The notes under the pieces were generated by a model. It saw only the letters and a list, made by a program, of their open reading frames with translations. It searched no databases and had not been told where the DNA came from. This document shows positions 1 to 8,295 of a stretch of 64,000 nucleotides of DNA, in pieces; the stretch's first letter is position 1, and every line of letters begins with the position of its first letter. The DNA comes from a candidate division FCPU426 bacterium (GTDB taxonomy: Bacteria > Oederibacteriota > JAAXVQ01 > JAUVAV01). Both the position numbers and the translations under genes were made by a program. Location: positions 288,001-352,000 of the forward strand of contig JBFLYH010000003.1 of the NCBI GenBank assembly GCA_040756875.1, written 5' to 3'.

Positions 1-768
1 TACCTGACTTGCGGAAATTCCGATAAAACCCTGGTCTTCATCCACGGCTGGACCTCGAATGCCCTGGTATGGAAATACCAATTAGAGGCATTTCCCGGAT
101 ATAAGGTGATTGCCATTGACCTTCCTGGCAATGGGAAAAGCTCCAAAAATATGAAAGCCGAATACACCATGGAATTGTTTGCAGATGGGGTTGCTCGGGT
201 TTTAAAAACGGAAAAGATCAATCAAGCGTTCTTTTTAGGCCACAGCATGGGTTTTGCCGTTGCGGAAGTCATCGCGGTACGGTACCCGGACCTGTGCGCC
301 GGCCTGGCCAGCATTGACGGCGCGCATTTCGTGGTGCCGGACGATCCCAAAGCGCGGGAGGAGTGGCTGCAATTCAACCAGCAGATGGCGGATGGCATGG
401 TCGCGGAACAGGGGCGCGAAGAATTCTTGAACATGCTGCTCCTGCCGGACACCCCGGCTCTGCTGAAGGCGGAGATGCTGGCAGGCAGCCGCGAGGTTCC
501 CCTGACCATCGGGAAATCTATGATTGAGGGCGTGGGAAAAGACGTTAAATACTGGAACCAGCAGGTTGCGAACCTCCCCTGCTTGGCCATCTATGGCCCT
601 GTCTACCAACTCACCCCGAAAGACAAACAGGATTTTATGGACCAATACCCACGGGCAGAGTACCACGAGCTCCAGGGGGTAAGCCACTTTTTCATGCTGG
701 AAAGGCCTTACCAGATCAACCAGATTATAACGGACTATTTAAACCAACACTATCCGACTGTTCGGTAA
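1..768 (+). CDS. alpha/beta hydrolase fold protein (5' partial)
   Basis: Frame is open from base 1 (YLTCGNSDKTLVFIHGW...). It has the HGW oxyanion motif, GHSMG nucleophile elbow and a C-terminal His (VSHF). Confidence 0.9.
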   Translation, partial: YLTCGNSDKTLVFIHGWTSNALVWKYQLEAFPGYKVIAIDLPGNGKSSKNMKAEYTMELFADGVARVLKTEKINQAFFLGHSMGFAVAEVIAVRYPDLCAGLASIDGAHFVVPDDPKAREEWLQFNQQMADGMVAEQGREEFLNMLLLPDTPALLKAEMLAGSREVPLTIGKSMIEGVGKDVKYWNQQVANLPCLAIYGPVYQLTPKDKQDFMDQYPRAEYHELQGVSHFFMLERPYQINQIITDYLNQHYPTVR

Positions 769-844
769 TGTCCTGAATCTGCGCCTGAAGACCATGGCTA
801 TTGGTAGCCCAAAGATCTCGCGTCGTCGGTTGTTCTGCTGCTCC

Positions 845-893
845 ACCAGCAATAAAAAAGCCGCCATTTACTGGCGGCTTTTTTATTGCTGGT
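845..893. terminator. bidirectional intrinsic terminator
   Basis: 22-bp inverted repeat ACCAGCAATAAAAAAGCCGCCA-tttac-TGGCGGCTTTTTTATTGCTGGT, with A/T tracts on both sides. Confidence 0.85.
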
Positions 894-1144
894 AGCCCCT
901 CAGATACTTGCTTTGAAACAGATAGTACAAGAAATGAGGAAAATCTATGATTTAAGGCAATTATGCCCGATTCAACAATATGCTTAAAATGGCAAATAAA
1001 TCATTTCCTTGTATTAACTCCCCTTATGTATTTAAACATGGTGATGTACTTGAGAGGAGAGAAGATTTTAGGGATTTAGAGAGAGAAAGACCCCATGATC
1101 CCAGAGGGAGAGCGGTGGGGCGATTGTCATTATTTTTAATATTT

Positions 1145-1600
1145 TCAATTGTTCAATTTATTTGCCATGTTTATTCTGAGGGTTTTTTTAGTTTGTACCC
1201 AGCCGCACAAATACTTTACAAGTATTAACGTTATTTTTGAGAAAAAATCAATCGCCTCGACATAAAACTGCTCAGGAATATCATTATCTACTGGACTAAT
1301 CTTCATTTCTATCATATTTACTTCTTTACCAGGTTTAATTGCATTAAAAATGTGCTTTTCTGAAAGATGAACATATCCCGAAGTATTATCATAAACTTTC
1401 TTTATCCACGGATATTCCTTTGACAATTGCTTTACCAAATAACTATCTATCATTTTATTTCCATGCCTATCTTTTAGTTTACATATATATTCTCCATTAA
1501 ATACAGCATCAGCAAACTCGTGTGGTTTTTTCACCATCCAAGCAGCAGAATATCTAAGAACGTTGTCCAATTGCATACGAACCAACGGGGCAGCAGCAAT
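1145..1600 (-). pseudogene. N-terminally truncated hypothetical protein (possibly HEPN/DUF5677-like)
   Basis: The ORF begins mid-domain (AAAPLVRMQLDNVLR...YDNTSGYVH). An in-frame TAG lies shortly upstream and there is no good start codon or RBS. Confidence 0.45.
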
Positions 1601-1824
1601 TGCACCGTAAAAAGTGCCGTGCTAAAGAGCTCCCAACTTGAAAGCCCTTACACCGCTCCTCATTAACAAAAGTAGCATTACAGTTCCTTCATGAATACTT
1701 GATCTGCGAGCCTATCAATATTGTTTAATATTTTTTCTTTCAATTTCGGAAAATCGGGCAGCACTGTGCTTATCTCCATTTTAGATTTATTATAATTTAA
1801 AATACCATCGTCAATTTACCAGAA

Positions 1825-2328
1825 TTACCACATCATATTTTTTCGCCAGTCTTTATCATCCACTGACATCTTTCGGAAATATTCGTCAAACAATCTATAT
1901 GTCGGATGATTATTCAATTGAGGATTTAATTGACTTTCTAATGGTTTTATAACCTCTATTAAAAATGATATTTGATCTTTCGATACTATTTTCATCACAT
2001 CTTTTTCATTTAAAATATTCATATTGATTAATCTCGCGATTAAATGGAAATGATGTGCAATTTTGCGTCTTGCTTTGTGAATTTTATTTCCAACTTCCGA
2101 TTCATTATCCATTTCTTTTTTATAGACTTCAGAAAAATTATTCCCTTCTGCACTGCTTTTTTTCTCAAACTCCCGTATTTCTAACATGGCATTTAAAAAA
2201 TCATCCGAAGCATATTCCGTTAACAAACTCACTACCAACGGAGCAACTATAGAACGCCGAGCAATAATTAGTGATATAACAGAAATAATCACTGCACCTA
2301 TTGATACTAATATCGCAATCGCATCCAT
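1825..2328 (-). CDS. hypothetical protein with N-terminal transmembrane helix (DUF4760-like)
   Basis: ATG at 2328 follows AAGGAA. Hydrophobic N-terminus (MDAIAILVSIGAVIISVISLIIA) is followed by a helical domain. AT-rich codon usage. Confidence 0.6.
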   Translation of the reverse strand: MDAIAILVSIGAVIISVISLIIARRSIVAPLVVSLLTEYASDDFLNAMLEIREFEKKSSAEGNNFSEVYKKEMDNESEVGNKIHKARRKIAHHFHLIARLINMNILNEKDVMKIVSKDQISFLIEVIKPLESQLNPQLNNHPTYRLFDEYFRKMSVDDKDWRKNMMW

Positions 2329-2600
2329 AATAATTTCCTTATTAATTATTTGTATTTCAATCCTTTTAAAGTAAATCCAATTATTCTTTAACTCGAATAT
2401 GGCAAGTATATGGCTGCGATTCTCATTCAGGACGTTGTTCGAATGTCCAAATGTCATTCCCATAAATTTAATAGCAACCTCATTTTATGTCTGCACATAT
2501 TTATAGGCAAGAGCAAAAAGACATTTTGCTTGTCTGGATAATTCGGATTAGAAATCTTGGGATACCAAAGAAGGGCCTTGGCCGGAGTTAGATTGTTGAC

Positions 2601-2822
2601 TTATATTTTGTTCTCTTCCTCATGATTCCTCTTGGTCATCCCTTTTACCAGTCCATAGATCATCTTTATTACGACATCTATTTCCATTTTCAACACTTCG
2701 TGATCCTCTGCTCGGATGAGGTTCTTCCTTTTACATATTTCAAGGATCGGCACACATTCCTGGGCCGAGCCGCGAGCGATATAAAAGAACTGTTTGCGGT
2801 CATTGGCGTGCCAACGTTCCAA
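2601..2822 (-). pseudogene. four-helix bundle protein, C-terminal half only
   Basis: RWHANDRKQFFYIARGSAQECVP is nearly identical to the adjacent paralogue; the N-terminal half is absent. Confidence 0.75.
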
Positions 2823-2836
2823 TCTAAAGATCCGCC

Positions 2837-3195
2837 TTATTTTCTTTCCGGCATTCCTTTGATCAACCCGCTTATCATTTTGCTGATCTCCTCAAGCTCC
2901 AGCTTGAAAACAACTTGTTGGTCGGCCGAAATCAGTTTTTCCGTTTGCAGAGCTCTATGATTGGCACACATTCCTGCGCTGAACCACGAGCTATATAGAA
3001 GAATTGCTTCCGATCTTTTTCATGCCACCGACCATTGCCCTCTGCCAGATTAGTGGATATAGAGAGGACCGCCCGATTTAATTGATCAGTTAAATAGTAG
3101 TTTCCCCTGGCAATCGCTTCCGTTGCATTGGTAATAGTTTCCGCCAGGTTTATAGCCTTTTGATAAACATTGAGCTGTTCAAACATAAATGACAT
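2837..3195 (-). pseudogene. four-helix bundle protein (23S rRNA IVS-protein-like), frameshifted
   Basis: AGGAGG RBS precedes ATG 3195. Motifs FEQLNVYQKA, DQLNRAVLSISTNLAEG and ARGSAQEC are present. Adding one A to the A5 run near 2936-2940 restores the tail KKLISADQQVVFKLELEEISKMISGLIKGMPERK* ending at 2837. Confidence 0.8.
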
Positions 3196-3288
3196 GCTAA
3201 AAACCTCCTGATTGATAGTTTGGGCTTTAATTGGATTAGACAAGGCATGTGGACAAAACTTGCGGAAAATCACGAATAAATCGAACAG

Positions 3289-3359
3289 TTGATCAGTTGA
3301 GCAGTTGACCGCAGGCTCGCTTTAATCTACTGTTCGACTGTTCAACTGCTCGCCTGCTC
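3289..3359. repeat. 8-mer-periodic hairpin element, copy 1
   Basis: (GAnCAGTT)n - GACCGCAGGCT core - (CTGYTCRM)n; 67/71 identical to copy 2. Confidence 0.9.
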
Positions 3360-3360
3360 T

Positions 3361-3407
3361 GTTTTAAAAGAAAAAGCCGCCCGAAGGGCGGCTTTTTCTT
3401 TTAAAAC
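3361..3407 (-). terminator. tRNA-Glu terminator
   Basis: Perfect 22-bp stem GTTTTAAAAGAAAAAGCCGCCC-gaa-GGGCGGCTTTTTCTTTTAAAAC abutting the tRNA CCA end. Confidence 0.9.
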
Positions 3408-3483
3408 TGGTAGCGCTACGGGGATTTGAACCCCGGTCTGATGGCTGAGAACCACCCGTCCTAGGCCCCTAGACGATAGCGCC
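3408..3483 (-). tRNA. tRNA-Glu (CTC)
   Basis: 76 nt, GGCGCTATCGTCTAGGGGCCTAGGAC-GGTGG-TTCTCAG-CCATC...GGTTCAAATCCCCG-TAGCGCTACCA, with encoded CCA. Confidence 0.97.
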
Positions 3484-3578
3484 GTTCGCGCAGCGAACAG
3501 CTCGACTGATCCGCTGTTCAACTGCTCAGGTTGCCACAGAACACAACAAACCGTTCCGCTGCCAGACTCTTGCACCTT

Positions 3579-3649
3579 TTGATCAGTTGAACAGTTGACC
3601 GCAGGCTCGCTTTATTCTACTGTTCGACTGTTTAGCTGCTCGCCTGCTC
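3579..3649. repeat. 8-mer-periodic hairpin element, copy 2
   Basis: Direct repeat of 3289-3359 at offset 290, with 4 mismatches. Confidence 0.9.
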
Positions 3650-3684
3650 CGCGATTTCGCCCGGGCGAAATCGCAAGCCTGCAA

Positions 3685-3713
3685 AATATATCACCGGCCC
3701 GGCGTTTAATCAA
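3685..3713 (-). promoter_or_regulatory. putative sigma70 promoter for tRNA-Glu
   Basis: TTGATT-17 nt-TATATT with an extended TG, on the minus strand. Confidence 0.55.
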
Positions 3714-5481
3714 CCGCTTTTTCGTCGGACATCAAAAGCGGATGGTCCCACATGGACCAGCAGAAATTGTTGCTCTGTCCTTTGGTGGTCGTGATGAAGG
3801 TGATTTTCTTGCGCCCGGGTTTGAACTGGGGCAGGTCGAGCCGGACATTCACCCAGCGCCGGTCCTCGGCATTGTTTTTCGGATCCAGGTATTGCGAAAA
3901 AACCAGGTGTTCCCCGGTCTCATCCTGGACCGTGATTTCGAAATGCACGCCGGTCCCCTTTTCAGGCGACCACACCTCGGGCGAGATCCCCAAGGCGAAT
4001 TTCAACCAGGCTTGGGCCGGCAAATCGACCTCATACTGGATGCTGGATTCCGGATGGGCGAAAATAACGATTCGTTCGTGGTAAGTGATATTGGCGAACG
4101 TAGTGGCGACGTATTGGTCCCCTCCGGCCTTGACCAAGGCGCCGGGCAATTCGCGTAAAAAATCGAACCGGCTGCCCCGGCCCTCTTTGGTCAGTTTGAT
4201 CTGGAAGGCGTCGTCGCGGAACCGCGCGACCTTGGCCGGCATTGCCTCCCGTATTTCTTCGGGCAAGGCCAGGGACGTGGCTTCGAAAAAACTGTTGTTT
4301 TGCTGCTCGGTCAGATACCCCATCTTTTTGGCCTGTTCGTACAAGGCGGTGTGCGGATAGGGGTAAAAGATCGAGAGCTGGGAGTGATTGGGCTTGATCT
4401 GCCGGTGAATTTCCAGGGTTTCGTCCATTTCCGCGAGCGTCTCTCCGGGGAAACCGAGTATGAAATAGGCCTTGGTTTTGAACCCCAACTCGTCGATCAG
4501 GCGGTAGGTGTCCAGGATTTTCTTATTCGACATCCGCCGGTTCAGGACCTGATAGCGCACTCTTTCGCTGCCGGATTCGATGCCCGCCACCAGCAGGGTG
4601 CAGCCGGTCTCCCGCAGCATTTTAAGGATCGCGGGCGTGACAGTGTCCAGGCGGATATTGCACCAGAAAGGCAGGCGGACTTTTTCCCGGTACAATCCGC
4701 AAAATTTCTTCAGCCAGCCGTGGTCGTAGGTCAGGGTGTCGTCGTAGATGTTGATCCAATCGATATCATACCGGGCTTTCATATCCAACAATTCCTCGAT
4801 GGCCCGCTCGGGCGAACGCATGCGCACGTATTTGCCCAACCCTTTGAAGACCTGTTTCTGCAAGGTGTGGTTTACGCAGTAAGTGCACAAGAAGGGGCAG
4901 CCGCGCCCCACCATCAATATATTGGCGTCCATCGAATTTTTTTTATAAATGATGGGAAAATCAAACAAATCCCGGTCCATCAGCGGTAGGCTGTCCAGGT
5001 CCTGAATCAGCGGGCGCAGGGGATTTCGGATGATTTCACCGGCCGGGGTTTTGATCCACAAATTGCGGATGTCGGCGTATGGCCTGCCGGCTTGGAGCCG
5101 CTCCAGGAGTTCCAACATGGCGTGCTCGCCTTCGCCTACGCACAGCAGACTGATCTCCGGACAGGCCAGCGCCTCTTCGGCCGCGACCGTAATATGAACC
5201 CCCCCGTGGATGACCGGCAGCTGCGGAAAACGTTCCCGGATCAGGCGGGTGTAGTGCCGGCTTTGGTTCCATTGGTTGCTGACCACGGAGAACCCCACGA
5301 TATCCGGCGCTTCGGCTTCGACGCGGCCGAGAAAATCCTGCGCTTCCATGGGTTTCTGGACAAAAATCAAGCGGGTGGTGTGCCCCGCCTGCTTCAACAC
5401 CGCTGAAATGCTGGCTACGCCGGGCACGAAATGCGGCCCATTGCCGGTATTAATGTTGCAGTGAACGAACAACACTTTCAT
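3706..5481 (-). CDS. B12-binding radical SAM protein with C-terminal beta-sandwich (carbohydrate-binding-like) domain
   Basis: N-terminal cobalamin-binding-type domain (PGVASISAVLK, DIVGFS, GGVH), GRGCPFLCTYC, and GIESGS. Start MKVLFV at 5481. Confidence 0.9.
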   Translation of the reverse strand: MKVLFVHCNINTGNGPHFVPGVASISAVLKQAGHTTRLIFVQKPMEAQDFLGRVEAEAPDIVGFSVVSNQWNQSRHYTRLIRERFPQLPVIHGGVHITVAAEEALACPEISLLCVGEGEHAMLELLERLQAGRPYADIRNLWIKTPAGEIIRNPLRPLIQDLDSLPLMDRDLFDFPIIYKKNSMDANILMVGRGCPFLCTYCVNHTLQKQVFKGLGKYVRMRSPERAIEELLDMKARYDIDWINIYDDTLTYDHGWLKKFCGLYREKVRLPFWCNIRLDTVTPAILKMLRETGCTLLVAGIESGSERVRYQVLNRRMSNKKILDTYRLIDELGFKTKAYFILGFPGETLAEMDETLEIHRQIKPNHSQLSIFYPYPHTALYEQAKKMGYLTEQQNNSFFEATSLALPEEIREAMPAKVARFRDDAFQIKLTKEGRGSRFDFLRELPGALVKAGGDQYVATTFANITYHERIVIFAHPESSIQYEVDLPAQAWLKFALGISPEVWSPEKGTGVHFEITVQDETGEHLVFSQYLDPKNNAEDRRWVNVRLDLPQFKPGRKKITFITTTKGQSNNFCWSMWDHPLLMSDEKAVD

Positions 5482-5503
5482 GGTTTCACCTGACAGCCCG
5501 AGG

Positions 5504-7219
5504 CTATATTTTTCCCAGGTATTCGAACAAGCGGCCGATGATGCGCGCTTTGGCATTCCGATTATTTTTATCCATTAAATACCAATTGTCCAGCCCGAGA
5601 ATCGGCGGCACGGCCGGCGGGCGCCAATGCTCCGCGTATTCCGGCATCTTCATCCCCAAGGGCGCCTCCTGCCAGCGGCTGATGAATTCCTGTGCTCCCG
5701 TCTCATCACCGGCTTCCGCCCCAAATCGGCACAGACACCAGGCCAGTTCATACGCCAAGGCAAATTGGTTGAAATCCAAATGGGGCAGGAGCTCCAGGCG
5801 CGCCGTTTTTTCCGGATTCCAATCCGGATTGTCCATGGCATTGGCTATTAAAAAAACCCTGAAAACTCTCGTAGCCCTGACATTCTTGCCGTCGTTGGTG
5901 TACCATTCGAATTCATCCAGCCCTTGAATCCCATACTCCGCCGCCTGCCGGTGGAGCCGTGAATCCGGTTTGACCTGGATGGGCGAAACGTAAATAAAAT
6001 GAACGTAAGGCATATTCCGGTGGGAGCGTATGAAGCGGATGTTATTCAGTATGTCGTCCGGCGTCTCACCGGGGAAACCCACGATAAGCGGTAAGTAACT
6101 ATGAATCCCCTGGCTGGCGGCATCGGCCAAGACTTCTTCGACCGTCTCCAGGTCGAATTGCTTTTGCATCGCATCCAGCACGGGCTGGCTGGCGTTTTCG
6201 AAGCCCCAAAAGCAATACCTGCACCCTGCGGCCCCCATTTTTTCCCATAGCGGGCGGGGTATTTTCCGGGAAAATGAAGCCTGGATGCCCCAGACCATGC
6301 CGAACTGCTCGCGAATCATAAGATCGCAGAGTTCCCCGACCGCTTTCAGGCTGCCGTTGAAAATCGAATCATTGAAGCGCGCCACCGGGGCCGTTCCTGT
6401 TTTCGCCGCCTGTGGCAAAGCGCCTTTGATCTCCGCGATGACGCTCTGTGGTTTCCGGACCCGGAACCGCTTGAAATGCGACCGTTCGTTGCAGAAAGCG
6501 CATTGGTTGATACAGCCGCGGGTGAAAAACGTGGAGAATTGTCCGGGATCCTGGTAGTGCTTGAAATCAAAGTGGGAGTAATCCGCGGTCACGCCGTCCT
6601 GCAGGTCCGGCAGGGGCGGTTCGCCGGTGTCGACCAGCTCGCCTTGTTTTTCATATCCGAAACCCGCCAAACGGGTTTCGCAGCTCCGGGTGCGCGCGTA
6701 TTCGCGCAAAAAAGCCGGCAGGGCGATTTCCGCTTCGCCCCGGAGGATCAAATCCGGGCGATAATCGGACCGGGAAAGGAACCGCAGGCCGAATTCCCCG
6801 GAAAAGCATTCGGAACCGCCAAAAATCACAGGCAGCGAGGGGGCGAGGTCCGAGAGCAGCTTGGCCGCCCAAATGGAAAAATATCGCGACTGCTGGTTGA
6901 CACTGAATCCCGCCAGTTCGAACGTTTCCCGGCCAAATGCTTCGGCGAATATCCTCTCCAGCACCGGCGCGTATTTGCCGTAAAAAGCAGCCGCTTCCGC
7001 CTCCGTCCGCCGGTAGAACTCCAGGTCTCCCCAAGCCGGCTGGTCGGCGGCATTCGCCTGGCGATAGAGCAGGATGTTCAGATCCAGCACCCGGCAGTCC
7101 CACCCCGCGCTGCGGATAATCCCCGCTACGTAAGCCAGGGAATATGGAGGCGTGGCGACATCCCAGATCGGCGCCTGGATCAGTAAAAATTTCGGCTGTT
7201 GGCCCGGTTGGCTGTTCAT
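5504..7219 (-). CDS. B12-binding radical SAM protein
   Basis: PPYSLAYVAG, TRGCINQCAFC (CxxxCxxC), GFENAS and IVGFPGET motifs. Start MNSQ at 7219. Confidence 0.9.
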   Translation of the reverse strand: MNSQPGQQPKFLLIQAPIWDVATPPYSLAYVAGIIRSAGWDCRVLDLNILLYRQANAADQPAWGDLEFYRRTEAEAAAFYGKYAPVLERIFAEAFGRETFELAGFSVNQQSRYFSIWAAKLLSDLAPSLPVIFGGSECFSGEFGLRFLSRSDYRPDLILRGEAEIALPAFLREYARTRSCETRLAGFGYEKQGELVDTGEPPLPDLQDGVTADYSHFDFKHYQDPGQFSTFFTRGCINQCAFCNERSHFKRFRVRKPQSVIAEIKGALPQAAKTGTAPVARFNDSIFNGSLKAVGELCDLMIREQFGMVWGIQASFSRKIPRPLWEKMGAAGCRYCFWGFENASQPVLDAMQKQFDLETVEEVLADAASQGIHSYLPLIVGFPGETPDDILNNIRFIRSHRNMPYVHFIYVSPIQVKPDSRLHRQAAEYGIQGLDEFEWYTNDGKNVRATRVFRVFLIANAMDNPDWNPEKTARLELLPHLDFNQFALAYELAWCLCRFGAEAGDETGAQEFISRWQEAPLGMKMPEYAEHWRPPAVPPILGLDNWYLMDKNNRNAKARIIGRLFEYLGKI

Positions 7220-7221
7220 CC

Positions 7222-8295
7222 TCAACCGTTTCGTCCGTTCAGAATGTCCCGGGTGCGGCGGCCGGCTTTTTTCGCCAGGCGGCCGAGGCGCCGCCACCAG
7301 CGCTGTTCGGGCAACAGGCGCCGCCGGAGTTGTTTCATAGTCAAGTCGTAGGGTTCCTCGGCGGGCAGCCAGCGGGGATCAACAAAGGCCCGGCGCAGGA
7401 AGGCGGGGATTTTCTCGCCGCTGTCCAGGAAATCATAACTCCGCGGCATTTGGCGGTAAGCCGCCTCCCCGTGGGCCTCCAGCAGTCGGGCATAAGTCGC
7501 TCCCAGCTCCCGGGCCAGCAGCTTGTTTCCGGCGACCCAGCGGTCAACGGCCCAGAAATACACCCCCTGGTCGAACCCCGAGAAATGCACAAACCTGACC
7601 GGCCGGCGGTTGGCAAAAAGGCGCCCGCCGCGCCGCGTCAGTTTCCTTTCCTGCAAGGCCCAGGTGGCGACGTTGTAGCCTGGGTCGCGCAGCAGGTGAA
7701 CCTCGAAAAAAGCCGGCGCCAGATCCACCCATTTCTGGTCGGTGAACAGGCCGTTGGCCCGGTCGTCGTAGCAGGCATGCCGGAGGCGTTCGCTCCACCA
7801 TTCCAAAAAACGCGCCGCCTCGGCCGAGCGCCGCAACCCCAGGAACCCCAGGTTGAAAACGCCGTGGTTCAGGCAGCTTTCCTCCATTTCCAGGTTGCCC
7901 GGCTCCAGCAGATGCGGCGTCAGCACAAGGGGATGCCGTTCCAGCAGCCTGCCCAGTTCCCGTAAATCCGAGGTCACCATGACATCCGGGTCCAGATAAA
8001 CGAATTGGTTTTCCCGTGGAAAGTGCGCCAGCAAATACTGCAGCAACCGGGCCTTGATCGCCGTGGCCCCTTCCACCCGGCTATGGCTGATGATATAACG
8101 TCCGAAATGCTTCCAGCCCAGGTCGCGCGCCAGGACCCACTCGTCCACAGCGGCGGTTTCAGGCATGCGCTCAGGTCGTGCTTTTTCGACCAGGCAGAAG
8201 ACGGTTCGGGCCCGCGGGTGATGGCGCTTCAGCGTTTCCGCCAGTACGGCGGATTTGGCCAGATAATTCGCGCACACGCTGGTGCAGACGATCAT
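7222..8295 (-). CDS. glycosyltransferase (GT-A fold, GT8-like)
   Basis: MIVCTSVCANYL, YLDPD (DxD), GVFNLGF, DQKW and FVHFSG motifs. ATGA overlap with the upstream GT2 gene. Confidence 0.8.
   Translation of the reverse strand: MIVCTSVCANYLAKSAVLAETLKRHHPRARTVFCLVEKARPERMPETAAVDEWVLARDLGWKHFGRYIISHSRVEGATAIKARLLQYLLAHFPRENQFVYLDPDVMVTSDLRELGRLLERHPLVLTPHLLEPGNLEMEESCLNHGVFNLGFLGLRRSAEAARFLEWWSERLRHACYDDRANGLFTDQKWVDLAPAFFEVHLLRDPGYNVATWALQERKLTRRGGRLFANRRPVRFVHFSGFDQGVYFWAVDRWVAGNKLLARELGATYARLLEAHGEAAYRQMPRSYDFLDSGEKIPAFLRRAFVDPRWLPAEEPYDLTMKQLRRRLLPEQRWWRRLGRLAKKAGRRTRDILNGRNG

Larger units (their letters stand above)
890..3407. mobile_element. decayed AT-rich islet at the tRNA-Glu 3' end
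   Basis: Visibly AT-rich compared with its flanks. It is bounded by TGGTAGC at 890 and 3408 (reverse complement of the tRNA 3' end) and contains truncated or frameshifted ORFs. No integrase is present. Confidence 0.55.

Noticed and set aside
980-1228. 82-aa plus-strand ORF
   Set aside because: It has no motif, low-complexity purine runs, and overlaps the minus-strand ORF.
2601-3195. Diversity-generating retroelement (Avd-like gene plus repeated segment)
   Set aside because: No reverse transcriptase is present in the window, and the differences between copies are not adenine-specific.
3283-3649. Possible CRISPR array
   Set aside because: There are only two long, internally periodic repeats separated by a tRNA, with no regular spacers and no cas genes.
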